From the human T2T-CHM13v2.0 reference genome, Homo sapiens, in the NCBI RefSeq assembly GCF_009914755.1, contig NC_060932.1: a stretch of DNA of 64,000 bases, one strand, 5' to 3'. The position numbers and the translations under genes are program-made. Of the stretch, positions 1 to 15,920 are shown piece by piece. Under the pieces are notes generated by a model. It saw nothing but the letters and a program-made list of their open reading frames with translations. It did not search any database and had not been told where the DNA came from. Position 1 is the first letter of the stretch, and each line of letters begins with the position of its first letter.

Positions 1-59
1 TAGTTACATTTATGATGACAGACCATTTATGATTTCCACATCCAGACAAGATGAGATAG

Positions 60-1850
60 ATTAACTTTTTCTTATTTTTCCTGCTTAACTACAAAAAGCT
101 CTGGACGCTATATATAAAATAAGCATAATTCCAAAATGTGGAGAGAAGGAGGAAGACTGACTAGGGTCTTTGGGACCCAAGGAATAATACAGTAGTGAAT
201 TCCTAAGTTTTCTTTTTGCTTTACATATCCTTGGCTGGGTACCAGAAAAGCCAGCAACTTGAGAATGCCAATGGGTACAGGTGGGGAAAAAAAGCCCTAA
301 GAAAGTCTGCTCTTTCTAACCAAAGGACCAAAAAAATAATAATATAACAACATATAAATCTTTTAGGCAATAACTGCCCTACTCCAGGGAAACACCATGG
401 AAAAAATGGCAGATCCACCTCCATCCCCAACAGCAAAAGTCAATTTGGAAGCCTACACTTTCACCTTACCAGACTGTAATGAGGCGACCCAATTTCCTTG
501 CTAAAGTTGTGACAGAGAAGGCCAAATGGGGAGTTAGGATTTTCATCCCTGTTGGATCCCTGGACAGTCACCTATACCTAGTGATGATGGGGCGTCGTAC
601 TCCTCCTTGCCAGGGTGGTGTCAGTAGAGGCATGGTGGAAGGTCAGGACTTTCACCCCCACCCAGCTGTAACAATATCCCTCCTCCCAAGAAGATGTCAA
701 CAGAGGCTAGGTGGAAAATGTGAACTTCCAGTAACAAGGCAGCACCCCTATTCCCTAACTGGTACAATGTCAGAGGAGCCTTACTGAAACAGAAATTTTA
801 GGAACATAGTACTCAAAATGTCCAAAATTCAGTAGAAAATCACCCTTATACCAAGAACCAGAATAATCTCAACTTGAATGAGAAAAGGCAATCATCAGAT
901 GCCAACAAGATGTCACAGATGATAGACTTATCTGACAAATATTTTAAAGTAGCCATCATAAAAATGTTTCAATAAGCAATTACATACACACTCTTGAAAC
1001 AGATTTTAAAAAATAGTCTCACGAAAGAAATACAAGGTAACTCAGTAGAAGGGCTTCATAGCAAAATGGAAAGAACAGAAGAAAGTATCACTGAACTTGA
1101 AGATAGAAAAATATAAGCTCCCCAATCTGAAAAACAGAGAAAAAAAGACTGAGAAAAAAACAAATAGTGCTTCAAGGGTCTGTGAGATCATAACATCTAA
1201 TCTGATGACTTGTGTCATCAGAGTCCCAGAAGGAAAAGAGATGAGTGGGACTGAAAAAAATTCAAAAAAGTTAACAGCTTAAAATTTACCCAGTTTTGGT
1301 AAAAGATAAACCTATACCTTTAAGAAGCTGGGTAAGCCCCAACAGGATAAAAACAAACAAATCAACAGACAATCAAGCTTCTAAAAATTAAAGCCTAAGA
1401 AAAATCTTGAAAGAAGTGAGAGAGAAACAGCTCATGACCTACAGAAGTAAAAGAAAGACAGCAGTTTCTCAACAGAAACCACGGATGCCAGAAGGAACAG
1501 GCATAACGTTTTCCAAGTGCTGAAAGAACTGTCAGCCCAGACTTTTATATCTAGAAAAAATATCCCTGAGGAAGAAAGGAAAACCCAAAACATTCTCAAA
1601 TACAAGGAAACAGTCTGTCACCAGCATACCTACCCTGAAACAATGGCTAAAATTAAGTTATTGAAACAGAACGGAAATGATAAAAGCAGGAAGAACAAAC
1701 ATGAAAAAGAGTATGAATATTGGTAAATACAACAGGTTTCCTTTCTCTTTTTGAAGTTTCTAAATTATATTTGACATTTGAAGTAAACACTATAGCACTG
1801 TCTAATGTGGTTCTAAAAGCATGTAGAGGAAACATGTTATAAAGAGTCAC
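60..1850 (+). mobile_element. Old L1 (L1M-class) 5' region and decayed ORF1
   Basis: ORF1-like remnants (VIRVPEGKE; gtgctgaaagaactgtcagcccag), A-rich plus strand. Confidence 0.7.
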
Positions 1851-1854
1851 ATGA

Positions 1855-2265
1855 AGAGCACTGAGATGGGCACAGTATCACTTCTGTGATAGTCTTACCA
1901 AAAATGCACAACCTCAATCTAATCATTTGAAAACATCAGGAAAACTCAAATTCAAGAACATTTTACAAAATAAGTAACTGATTTTCTTCAAAAGGGTTAA
2001 GATTGTGAAAGACCAAAGAACTGATACTTGATTGGAAGAGACTTGAGAGACTTGACAACTAAATGCAATGTGGATCCTAGACTGGATTCTGGACCAGAAA
2101 AAGGACATTAGTAGGAAAACTGGCAAAATTTGAATAAAATCTGTACATTAGTTAAGAGTTTTATATCATTTTAAATTTCCTGGTAGTGATAATTATACTA
2201 TGGTAATATAACCAGTAACAATAAAGTCAGTACTATTTTTTTTACTTTTCTGAAAGTTTAAAATC
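1855..2265 (+). mobile_element. Old L1 3' end fragment (L1MC/ME-like)
   Basis: aaaatgcacaacctcaatctaatcat...tggattctggaccagaaaaaggacattagt, typical of these 3' ends. Confidence 0.65.
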
Positions 2266-2939
2266 CCTTTTTAAGGGCCATTTACAATACGAAATAAAAT
2301 CATTAGTGCTATGAATTAAGGAGAATTGAAAGTAGCCAAGAGCCTATTAAGAATAGATAATAAACTTAAGTGTTTCTTTGCATGCCAGAATTTTATATTT
2401 AAAGAGTCTTCAATCAATGAAAGAAGGGAATCTGTGGGGACTAAATTTTCTCTTAATTAGAAAAACAAAGTCAGTGGGGCAATGTGGTACTGTCTACCTC
2501 TGATATGGAAAGGAAAAAGGGTACAGAAAAAATTTCTAGTATAAAGGCCTGGAGACTTGTAATATTGAAAGCTTCATGAAAAAGAAGAGTAAAAGCTTTC
2601 TCAAGTCAGAGTTTTAGAAAAAAAAAAAAAATAGTAACATAGGCCTATGCATGAGAATCATAGTAATGGGGACCAAGAAACTTAAACCAAGAAACATCAA
2701 TACTTGCTACTTGATTTGCAAAAGATAAGAAGAAATAAGTTGGTGCTTAAACTACAAATCCAAATTGGTAGCAAATACCACTACTTATGACAGGTTCTTT
2801 TTTAGATAGTCCTATTTTTACTCTAAGAAAGCATTTCTACCACTACCTCAACTTTCTCCCCTATCATTCACTTCAATGAAAAAAGTTTGCACTAAAGCCA
2901 CCCTAACAGGGAACAGTAACCACATAAATACCAACTCTA

Positions 2940-4000
<1,061 letters not shown>

Positions 4001-4014
4001 AAAGAGATATACAG

Positions 4015-4430
4015 TGAGATGAACAGTGTACCCTAAAAGATATATCCAAGTGTGTAGCCCTAGTACCTTTGAATGTAACCTTATTTGAAAATAAAGTCTT
4101 TGCAGATGTAATTAAAGACCTGGGAATAAGATCATTCTGAATTTTGGGTAGACTCGAAATCTAATAACAAGTCCCCTTATAAGAGACAGCAAAGAAGAAT
4201 ACACATACACAAAGGAGAAGGCCATGTGAAGATGGAGGCAGAAACTGGAATGATGAATCTACAAGCCAAGGAAAACCAAGAATTGCCAGCAGCCACAAAA
4301 AGCTAGAAAAGAGGCACAGAACAGATTCTTCTTCAGAGCCTCTAGAAGGAACCAACCCTGCTGACACTTTGATTTCAGACTTCTGGCCTCCACAACTGTG
4401 AGAGAATAAATTTCTTTTGTTCAATCCATT
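4015..4430 (+). mobile_element. MaLR solo LTR (MLT1-type)
   Basis: gaatgtaaccttatttgaaaataaagtctttgcagatgtaattaa...gacttctggcctccacaactgtgagagaataaatttc. Confidence 0.85.
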
Positions 4431-4574
4431 GTGTTTTTATGTAACCAATTATGTAATGAATATCTTACATTTAGAGATTTTCCCAAATTTTGAATTATTT
4501 TATTTGAACAGATGTCAAGTTTACCAGTTAGTAATTAATTAGTCAATTCAATGAATATTTTAAAAGAATTGGTA

Positions 4575-7375
4575 GAGTTCCAGCTTCTGACAACAGGAGA
4601 ATGAATTCACTGGACAAAGTCTTTTGCAGATATCAAAGTAAAATATAGACAAAATAAAAAATATTTGAAGACACTAGAATGTTACCAAAATCAAGCAGAT
4701 ACCACCAGGGCAGAGATTTCCCTGGAAAGATCAAAATGTATGCAGTAAGAATTATGAGTTTTGACTTTTTTTTTTCCATCTGTGCTTCTTATAGTTCTAC
4801 TGGTGGAAAACTGCAGTCTTACCCACTGGAGGACGCAGAGGAAAGAGTTTAGGGTTGGCAAATGAGCTAGACATTTTGGGAAGAAATCCCAGGAGAAAGC
4901 TGCAGAAGTGGCACAACTCTAAATCTGAATCTTTTACCCAAATTCCAGCTGACTGCTAAACTTCACATGCACAAGGGAGATCTTGGAAGGCCCAATGGAA
5001 AAGTAGGCAGAAACCAGTGAGAACTGGTTGAGATTTGAAAGTCTGCTACTTTTTGAATAGAGTGCAGTCCCTAATCTGAATGCAGCTCAAATGATTGAAC
5101 GCTAAAGCTTTATAGGCCTGTAGTATCAGTGGGTGTGTGGCTGGCAGATCAGCTAGAAATTTAGAGGAGGAAATGCCAGAAAGAAGAAAAGGCAAAAAAA
5201 GTGGGCCCCAAAATATAAGCATAAACTCAGCCCAAATAATTGGCTTTCACTATATGATGCAGGCACAGAGGAGACCATAAGAGAAAATGCTGCAGTTATA
5301 AGGTAGAAATACTGAGTAGACTGTATCAGCTGAGGGATACCACCATGGAGAAGATAAAGCTTGCAGTTTTAGCTTAAGCAACTTAATCAAAAACCAAAAC
5401 CAAAATAAAAATATTAATCTGGGGAAGAAATGATGATCCACAGTTGCAATATGTTATCCACAATGTCCATTTTTCAAACAGAAACTAAAGACATGCAAAA
5501 ATCAGGAAAAAGGTAAATCACACTCATGAATAAGGCAGTCAACAGAAATTGACTCCTAATGGGCCCAGCTGTTGGATTTAGTTGACAAAAAACTTCAAAG
5601 CAGGTATGATATAGATGTTCAAAGAATTAAATGAAAATACAATCTCAGTAACTATACAGATATGGAATCTCAACAGAGAAAAGGAACTACAAAAAACAAC
5701 CAAATGGAAATGTCAGATGTGAAAAATACAACAAAATGAAAAATTTATTATAGGGGCTCAAGAGCAAACTGGAGAGGATGGAGGGAAGAATCTGTAAGAA
5801 TCCAAAACTTCAAGGTAGATCAATAGAAATTACATAATCCAAAAGACTAAAGAAAAATAAATAGAGCCTCTGAAGCCTGTGGGAGAATAACAGGAGATTT
5901 AACACATGTGCAACTGGAGCTCTAAAAGGAAAGGAGAAAAAGGTAGAAAACTTTTTTGGAAAAAATAGTGGTCCAAAACATTCCAAAAATGGTTAATAAA
6001 AAACACCATTTTTTAACCATTATTTTCAGTTCTAAGAAGCTAAATGTATCCCAAACTATATTAAAAACACTCCTACATGTACCATAATCAAATCGGTGAA
6101 AAACAAAGATATACAAAGTATCTTAATGCTTTAAGTATTAAGAGGAGAGATTCCTTGCTTAAGCCTAGACAAAACACAACATGACATACATGGTCCTGTA
6201 ACAACTGGCTATCCTAAGAGGAAAAAAATAAATTTCAACTCTTACCCCATACCATACATTAAAAATTAACTTTAAGTGGGTCTTAGCATTAAATATAAAA
6301 GCTAAAAGCATTAAATGTCCATAAGAAAACTTAAGATAAAAAGTCTTTGTGATCTTAGGGGTAGTCAAAAGATTCCTCAGATTAGACTAAGAAGGCATAA
6401 ACCTTAAGGGGGAAAACTGAAAATTTTACTTCATTGAAATGGAAAAACCTCTGTTTTTCAAAGGATCACGTTAAGATAACAAAAAGACAAGTCATAGGGA
6501 GGGAGATAATATTTGTAATGCAAATGACTTATGGCCAGGATACAAAGAACTTGTGTAAATCAATAATTATGGGGGAAAATCCCAATTAGAAACTGAGTAA
6601 AAGATGTGGACACTTCGCAAAGATACACAAATGACCAATAAGCACATGAAATGAAGCTCATATCATTTGTCCTCAGTGAAATACAAACTAAGATATCAAT
6701 GAGACACCATTATACTCTCAATAAAATAAGACTGACCATATTAACGTGTACAACCCTCACACATTGCTGGTAGGAATGTAATGTATGTAATACATTAAAA
6801 TAGAATCTGAAAGTTTCTTATAACATTGTATGTACACTTACCATGTGATCCAGCAATTCACTCTAAGGTATTTTCCCAAGAGAACTGGAAACATATGTCT
6901 GCACAAAATATTGTAAATCAATGTTCATAAACAGCTTTATTTATAATGGCCCCAAAGTGAAAACAACCCAAATGTCCATCAACAGGCAAACTGAAACAAT
7001 TTGTGGTATATATACATAAAATAAACTAATTCTTAGCAATAAAAACTACTGATACATGGAACATGCGTGAATTTCAAAATATACTGAGTGAAAGATGCCA
7101 GATACAAAACTGTGAATACTGTGTAATTCCACCTATATGAAATCAGTGAAAAGACAAAACTAATTTTTAGTGCCAGAAAGGATTTTGTGGTTGTCTGGAG
7201 GTGAGGAAAATCGGCGGCAAGGGCGGAGGCAAATCTTTTGCAATAAAGAGTCCCATCTTGATTATGGTGGTAGTATACATTTTGGTGACTATATACATTT
7301 TTCAAAACTCATCAAACTGTACAATATGGGTGTGTTTTATCACATGTAAATTATACATCAATAAGGTTGATTAAA
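4575..7375 (+). mobile_element. Old L1 fragments (5' region, ORF1, ORF2 3' part, 3' UTR)
   Basis: ORF1 remnants 5450-6120; ccatgtgatccagcaattcactctaaggtatt, aaacaacccaaatgtccatcaacagg; ends aaattatacatcaataa. Confidence 0.75.
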
Positions 7376-7579
7376 ACACTTAAGTGTAGTTATCTCTGAC
7401 ACAACTGAAGACACTAAGTCATGGTTTATATTTTGCATAATCATAAGTAACCTCACAATTAACTAATTTCCAAGCAACTGTTACATTAGGAGCTTAACAC
7501 CATTTGAATTTATTGTATGTGTTCAGATGTGTTTATCTGCCCTTGCACCTACACCAAACCCTCCCCTCTTCCACCCTAC

Positions 7580-8970
7580 CATTCTGATGTTAGCTCATTG
7601 AGGGCAGAAACCCTGGCTATCACTTTCATGTTATATACTCAGTGCCAAGTCGTGTACCTGGTCCATGGCAGGTGCTCAATACACACTGGTTGAATTCATG
7701 AATAAATGAATCCCTTACATGTTAGTATGCTTCTGGAATCTCTTGTAGGCCTTTGTCCATTCTCCCTGGGCAATATTAACTGTTTCTATGGCTTCAGTTA
7801 TATCTATACACTGATGACTCTCAAATCTGTATGTACCATGTTCTCTTACTGATCACCAGACCGATTTCAACTGCCTACTGGACAAATCCATGTGAATGTC
7901 CCACAAGCAATTCGAATTCCACGTTTAAAATGGAACTTGTTAAGTTCCTCTAAGTTTATTCATCTCATCCATAGTAAAAATAAAACTTTGCCTAAACATC
8001 TCACACTCATACTATCTCACTTACTCCTAAAATGGTCTCTACTTACTTTTCAACATATGTAAATCCAGCTTCCACCCTAACCAGGCCAGTGAAAGCATCC
8101 TCTCTGAAGTCAGCACAAGAGATCATTTAATTTTCTCAATTGAACCTTAGACAACTGTACCCTAGATCCACTCCTCCATGCCCAACAGCTTTGTCTTAAC
8201 TCAATCTTTATTCTTTCTTTCCTGGATTCATGAAAAACCATTCTAATTGGTCTTTCTATTATCAAGTCTGTCTCTTTCTTGTCTAGTTCATCTTGTACAC
8301 TGCTGACAGAATTATCTTTCTGTTAACCAATCATGTCACATCTCTTTTAAAGATAAGTCAGTGGTCTTTGTCTAATGGCTAAAAAAATTCTAACTCCCAA
8401 CAATACACACACATTTTTTTCAGCCTCCTCACTAGCCACTTCCACTTTAAATTATTTTCTAAAACACCATGCCCTTTTATGTCTTCAGTGCTTTGATGCT
8501 TCTGCCTATAATTCCTTTTCTTATCCACCTTAAAATCTGAAGTATTCTTTAAAACATATTTCAAATATTCCCTCTGCTATGAACTCTTCCCTAATTCCTT
8601 CAGCCAGAAATGTTCATTTCCATTCACAATTCTTGACATCACTAACCACACTTCGAGTTAACATTTATCAGGTTATACTTACTATGTCATTTATTATGTG
8701 GGGTAGGCATTACAAACATTATTTCTTGCACCATGCTACAAACATTTAACTATTTTTATAAGACCATTGTGTAATGTTTGAACACTGATCCCAGGAGACA
8801 GGATTTGTGGCCGTGGGTTATCTTCTTCTGCATATTGATTTTATTTGCCTGTCAGTCTCCAACTTGACCATAACTCCCCGAGTCCAAAGTTTAGCATGTT
8901 TAGCAAGTTTAGCATGCTACCCAGCATTTGTAGGCCTTTAATGAGTACTGCCCAGTGTGAGCAAACAAAT
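7580..8970 (+). mobile_element. L2 fragments
   Basis: L2 3' end gcaggtgctcaata...tgaataaatgaat at ~7670-7710; body motifs tatacactgatgactctcaaatctgtat and ttcaactgcctactggac. Confidence 0.7.
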
Positions 8971-9207
8971 GTTCCATGTCCTGTGCTTCAGCTGAATCAG
9001 TTCCAATGTTCAACGGGATGGCATTCTATGGGCAGATTAACTTCATATCCATCTAATTCTTCATATACATGCTGAAATTATGGAAACCTCTTCACAATAT
9101 ACTATCTACCACCTATCTTTCCCTTAGTAAGAGTTTTTCAAACTGTAAACCTAGTACTGTTTTCCAGCAATGGTTCAAATGTTCCATTTTAGGACTTGAT
9201 TCTAGAC

Positions 9208-9280
9208 TTTATTTTGAGACAGAGTCTTGCTCTGTCTGTTGTCCAGGTTGTATTACAGGTGTGAGCCACCTCATCCAGCC
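9208..9280 (-). mobile_element. Internally deleted Alu (only both ends remain)
   Basis: ttttgagacagagtcttgctctgt joined to attacaggtgtgagccacc...cagcc. Confidence 0.75.
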
Positions 9281-9575
9281 TGTACTTTTCTTATGCTTTT
9301 AAAAAAATAGATAATACTACAGATAAAAAAAAAATTTGGAAGTTTTTCAAGTATGTGTTTTCTCTGACAGTTAAATCTGCTTTTTGATGTGACTATATTA
9401 AGATGGCAGAACTTTCTAGAACCTAAAATCTGTCAGGGTTTAAAATCAAGTAAAAACAAGTAAACTACATTACTAATATGATGTTTGATGTATGTATTCC
9501 CAAATGTGTTTACATATAAAATTTTACATTAGAATAAAATCTAAAGTCCCTTCCATCTCAAAGGAGTCAGAATTC

Positions 9576-10191
<616 letters not shown>

Positions 10192-11756
10192 TAAATGGCT
10201 TACTCAGTTGTATATATAGTTGAGGGCAGAAATAAATTTATTAATGAAATCTATGACAAAAACAAACCAATATCCAGAAGACTATGGGCCACCACCACAC
10301 ATTAGTCCTACTTACAGGGACTGGTCTTCAAACATTATACAATAGCTTTCTTCAAAATCAAATAAAAGATTTGTAGGCAAAAACATACCAGGTATTCTGA
10401 AATAATATATGTAATGCCTACTTCACTATGGGATATGTGAGTCCATCAATAACTGTCAGTTTCCTCCCTAGTTTATCCATATATCCCCTAAATGCATGCC
10501 CCTGTTATGTCAGAGCAATTTTTTGAGTATGCAAAAATCTTTTACATGCAACATTCCACATACTGTTCTTTCTTAAGAGTTGCCTTGGGTGAGAAGAGAA
10601 CAATACATATGAAATTTCAGCCACTGTCATTTGTGGGGAAAAAAAAATCTCCTTAGATATAGCTGGATGCTGGAGAAAGGGAAATGCTGGACTCACTTCA
10701 ACATGACTTGGAATGAGTGTAGGTATACAGCTGCCATCCACCTGAAGAGTACCATAATTAATTATATGTCAGGAAAAATTACATCATTGTCAATCGTTTC
10801 TAGCAAAAGGAAATGTAATGCATCTTTAGATGAAAAATAATTTTTTCCTTCAAATACTTGATTTTTCAAATAATTCCAAGTAGTAGAATTTTCATGTTGA
10901 GTTGAAATCTCTTCTGATACAAACAGAAAAGGTTATCAGATAGTTCTACTTGGAAAGGACACGAAATGATAATCATCTTTTTCTGTATCATGATGGCTCA
11001 TTTCAGATCTACATTAAAGTTTCTTTGGTTGGAAAAGCTCTTACAGTGTTTGTATATTACTTAGATTTTGTTGAACTATCTTGTGTGTCTTACTATGTAT
11101 GTGCTGGTGCATAAAGGCTCAAAATAAGTATCATAGCAACATAGTTTACGCAGTAATAATGGACTGTTTTGCTCAAGGCCTGCTTGATTCTTACCTGTAT
11201 TACTGTTACTCATTGTAGTTTTTATATGCACCAGGATTTCTTTCTTCAAACATAGTATTTTTTTTTTTACAGGGTTTAAAATTTCAGTAAAATGAGCTGA
11301 TCTACAATTCTGCTGGTTTTTATGGAAGTACAGGTGTGTGTTATGTTTGCATATCCCTTGGACTTTGGCCTGCATATCAAAGTCTAAGGACACCAGACAC
11401 AACAGGTCAGTTTGCATGAACTGGGGCTGCCCACTGGAATAACAAACCTGAGTGTTAATGTCACTAAAGGAAGACCAAGCCTTCAGGAGAGTTCTAACAC
11501 ATACTTAAGTCTTTCCAAGGTCCTTGGAAGGTAGTAGAGGTCAAATTCAAGAGAGCTTTTTAAGAATTTTTAAGATTTTAATGGCAAATCAGAGCAGTAT
11601 CTGCTGACCAAACCCACAAATGTGTTTTGCTCATTGTAGTCTAAGTAATTTATTATGGTTTTATACATTTGTTTAATAGCCTACATGAACATTTGGTCTC
11701 AGAGGCAACACAGTAAGTTATGTTTCAATGACAAATTAAAAATAAGGGAAAACACA

Positions 11757-12045
11757 CAGTTGGGCCCTCCATATCCATGGGCTATGCATCCAAATATCAA
11801 AAATATTAAAAAAGAATTGAAAAAAAACCACAAAAAAGCAATATGGTATAACCATTATTTATATAGCATTTACATTATATTAGGTATTATAAGGCATCTA
11901 GACATGATTTAAAGTATAAGGAGGATGTGTGTAGGTTATATGTAAATACTACAACATTTTATATAAGGGACTTGAGCGTCCATGAACTTTGGTATCTTTG
12001 GGGGTCCTAGAACCAATCCTTCCTGCAGATACCAAGAGACAACTA
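11757..12045 (-). mobile_element. MER2 (TcMar-Tigger non-autonomous DNA transposon)
   Basis: Termini cagttgggccctccatatcc / gataccaagagacaactata; core tttaaagtataaggaggatgtgtgtaggttatatgtaaatact. Second copy at 19.4 kb. Confidence 0.8.
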
Positions 12046-13339
12046 TATTCCTAAATGTGGGTGTGTATGTACATGCATTATTTCTTTCTCCATATTCTCC
12101 TAAGAGGAATTTACAAAATTGTACTTGTATTGATCTCCTAACAAAAATGAATACCTTATTCTAAAAAAAAAAAAAAAGCTGCTGCAAATAGCCACCTTGA
12201 TGATAACTATATGGATTGGAAAACATGAGGTATAGGAGAGATAAGAATAAATAGGTGAAAGGTTGATTCTCAGATTCTCAGGGAGACCAGCCACCACCCC
12301 CCCACTTCCACCAGCCCCATCCCAATATAACCTATACTAAGTCATATTGTTAAAAAATAAATACTTAAAAGAAGCCTGTGGCTATAAAAACCTGCTATCA
12401 TCATATTAAACTCCACAAAAGGAGGCATATGAGTTGAAATGTATTCAGCGTGAATTATATTTGAAAAGGAAGATTTTAATTTAAGTGGACAATCTCATCT
12501 TGCTGGAAATGGCATGATTATGATCAATAATGAAATGCCCCTCCATAAAACACTCCCTGATTTTGGACAATAAACTAATTATAGTTTAACTAAAACACCA
12601 ACTAAGTGTTTCTTTATATTATTTATGTGAGGGAAAAAACCTAGTTTGTTACACTATACTCGGAAGGTTTCACAAACAACACTGTTACAGTGGATGATGC
12701 TCACAGGAGAGGCACAGAATAGCAAACTGAAATGAAATCCATCTAGAAGGGACGATTTGCTAAAATAATCCACTTTCATTTTCAACCTAATTTTTAATGA
12801 CTAGTTTAAACAAAGAAACCACTTATATTTATAGATTTCTAATATAATTAGCATAGAAAAGCATATTAAAGATGTGAAAACTTAAAATAATGCAAAGTAC
12901 AACATGAAACAAATTCTTTCACTTCAGCTCAAATGCACAGCATTTCAAGAGTGTCTTTTGCATAATAAGTTTCTTTAAAAAGCTGAATGATTTTGAAACA
13001 TTTTGCCATTATAGTAAAAGTGTACACAACAAGGAACCCTGAAACACTATGGTAGGACTACAACTTTGAATGAGTTCTTATAAAATGTGTAGAAGTTACA
13101 GAAGCATACGATTAGGCTGAACAACAAAGTCTGAAGTTCACAGAACTACTGAATAAAACATTTAAAAGAATATAAATAAAACGTATTAATACTTGATAAA
13201 ACTTGAAAGAAATAAACATTCATTTCTGACAGAGATCCAAAAGGTTCGATTCTAAAATACGATAAAAACTTTAGGTGAGACCAAACAAGAATAACAGAAC
13301 TGCTGAGAATGTGTAAGTGTTCGGTCACATTCTGCTCTC

Positions 13340-15914
13340 TTAAGTCAGTTTTATTAATAACTTTAATTGTATAATAATTTTACCTATTTTGTAGGTTTAA
13401 AAGAATTTGAGCTTGGATACCTACATTCAGTTGATCAAAGTAGCTTTTTGTAATTTATAAATTCAAATTAAAGACTGGGTGATGAAACAAAATTAAAAGT
13501 TAAAACAACTTTGTTTTCAATACACTCATATATTTTTACTTTGTAATACAATATAGCTGTCACATACAATGGCTCTAGTAGGCTTAAATCAAATTGCAAT
13601 GGGCAAGGAAAGCCAAAGAAGGGTTTACACAATATTCAATAAGCAACAGTATCTGTTCAGTGTGCAATAAAATAAAAAAGTTCTAACCTAGAAACACAGA
13701 AAAAGAATTTATTGTTTTTAAGTTTCAGAAATAAAAGTAACAGAATAGTGTATAATCTGTAACAAGCTGGTCCTGTAATTTCTAAACTACAGTCCAATTA
13801 AAACATTTAAGTAATAGAAACAATCTACATGTTTTTCTACCAGGTAAATATACCTGAGAGGGTTACCTATAAAGAAATAGGCTTTAAAACTTTTAACCAC
13901 AAAGAACCTTCTGCTGCGACATTATGAAGATGGGCTATGCATGTGGCCAGACTAAGTCATTTCCCGGAGATTCTGCTCACTGCTTAGCTGCAGGTAGTGG
14001 TCCATCAATGACAGAGTATTTTACATCAATACCAGCTCATTCAACCAAAGAAGCACAGTAATATTTTAAAATCACCTGTTTATATTCATTAGTATGTAAA
14101 AATCACAATACACAGATTTGGAAACATATAACGTGTCCATAAAAAAGAGTATATTATGTAAGCATAAGCTTTTTAAAAAGGCCTTAGCAATGCAATAATG
14201 AGGGAAGCAGACTCTACATGTTGACTACAGTGAAGATATGTTAAAATTATAATTATTGTCATTGCCAAGAGCTTAGAAATAAAAACAAATTTAAAAAATT
14301 AAGACATTCTGGTAGCAAAATTACAGCTACTGTAACAACAGCTCCAAGCAAAAAATCAATTCAGAGCTTGAATGCAATTTGTGCTTTGTTTCTATAAGAA
14401 TGCAGTGTTACTCTCAGACATTTCTAAATGATTAGATTCATAAATAAGCAGTTAATTTCTTTTCATCACAATTTATTTCTAATTCATCCTACGGAGATTA
14501 TAGATAGAACTAAAAATTACTTAGCTTTTTTCCAGTACTTTATATAAATTGAGATCTTTTTTAAACAGTGATTTATTGTGTTTCTTAAGGTAAAACAACA
14601 AAAACAAATTCTAAAATTGTAACTTTAAATTAAGTGGTTAAAATTTCAGATGACAGAGCCGATAACTGGTAACAGCTTCTTGAAGTTCATATTAAGAGTC
14701 CAATTAGAAACACTAACAACTACCTGGCAATAGTTTGAAAGAATCAGAAGGGTTCGGTGAAGGGAAAAAAAAATCCGAACATGCAAAATACCCCCCAAAA
14801 CACATGACCTTCTTTTTCATTTTATAATCTAAACTTGTAAAATATTTATAAATACATGATCATTCTACACAATACAGATCTTCTAGAGCATTTCTAAAGG
14901 ATATTACAGTTTTTGGTCTTAAGGAATAAAGACTAAGATGGAAAAGGAGATGAAAACAGTGAAATCTGAGGAAGCAATACACTCTCTACACACAAGCAAA
15001 CTAGTTCATCCAGTCAAGTTAGCGGTTACAGTTCAGTACATGATTTTCAAGGCAACTAAGAAATCAAGACACAGATATTTCCCCTTCCTAGAGTTTACAA
15101 TTCTTTCAAAAGCTCCAATGTATCCATAAAGGAGTGCTGATTTTTGTGGGGTTTTTTCCCAGAAGGAAACAAAGAATAAATAGGGGAAAAAAAGTTTCCA
15201 TCCCTAAATTCACATACACAACAAGTTAAGTTAAACTATAAGCTAGTTTTAGACTACCCAGTGAAACAGAATTGTTGGTACTATCTGAGGCAGGTGCTAC
15301 CCTCCCTAGTCAGTTCAAAACATGATCCAGTAAAACAAATACACATTGTTATGCCTCAAACAACTATAAAGCATTTCATTATTCTTCAAATATCATGTTT
15401 AATTAACTCCTAAGGTAATAGACTTCTAGAATGTTGTATCTTAATGGTGTACCTGAATCAATACTAGCAACAGAATGCAAAATTCAAAATTGCTATAAAG
15501 GTAAAATCATCATAAAAAGAAACTCAATCCTTATGTAAAAAAAGGGAGAACTGAGTGTGAAATACTAACACCAAATGTCTGAAGGCAGAATTTTTGTTTG
15601 TGGAAGACAGAGCGAAGAGATAGATGCACCTAATCAAGACCAAATAGAAGACAGTGAAGAATATGAAAAATGCTTAAAAAAGAAGAAGGAAAATGGAGAA
15701 GAGACAGGCAGCAAAAGAATTACTAGATAGATCAAAAATAAGAGAAAATGAGGCATGTGCATATGGCTTTTTTGTCTGTCCTTTGTGTTCCTAAATAACT
15801 TAAAACGTAAGTGGCATGTAGGCCATACTAGCAGGCAAGAATGAGCCTTGTGATGTATACAGATGAAGAATCTGAGGCTAATGAATTGTTTTGTTTTTTG
15901 TTTTTGCTTTTAAT
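13340..15914 (-). other. STAU2: Probable 3' UTR of the short STAU2 isoform ending ...GFQV*
   Basis: About 2.5 kb of repeat-free, U-rich (minus strand) sequence directly after the in-frame TGA. Minus-strand AATAAA at 14572-14577, 14472-14477, 13708-13713 and 13350-13355, and AGTAAA at 13535-13540. The true 3' end cannot be fixed from sequence alone. Confidence 0.7.
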
Positions 15915-15920
15915 TCATAC

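Noticed and set aside
8889-8920. Three-unit GTTTAGCA repeat, considered as an array
   Set aside because: Short slippage repeat in an L2 remnant; no spacers, and CRISPR is not applicable to this primate DNA.
13952-13987. Possible alternative last exon CAG|LSSEQNLREMT* on the minus strand
   Set aside because: No real polypyrimidine tract and no recognised homology; likely chance within the UTR.
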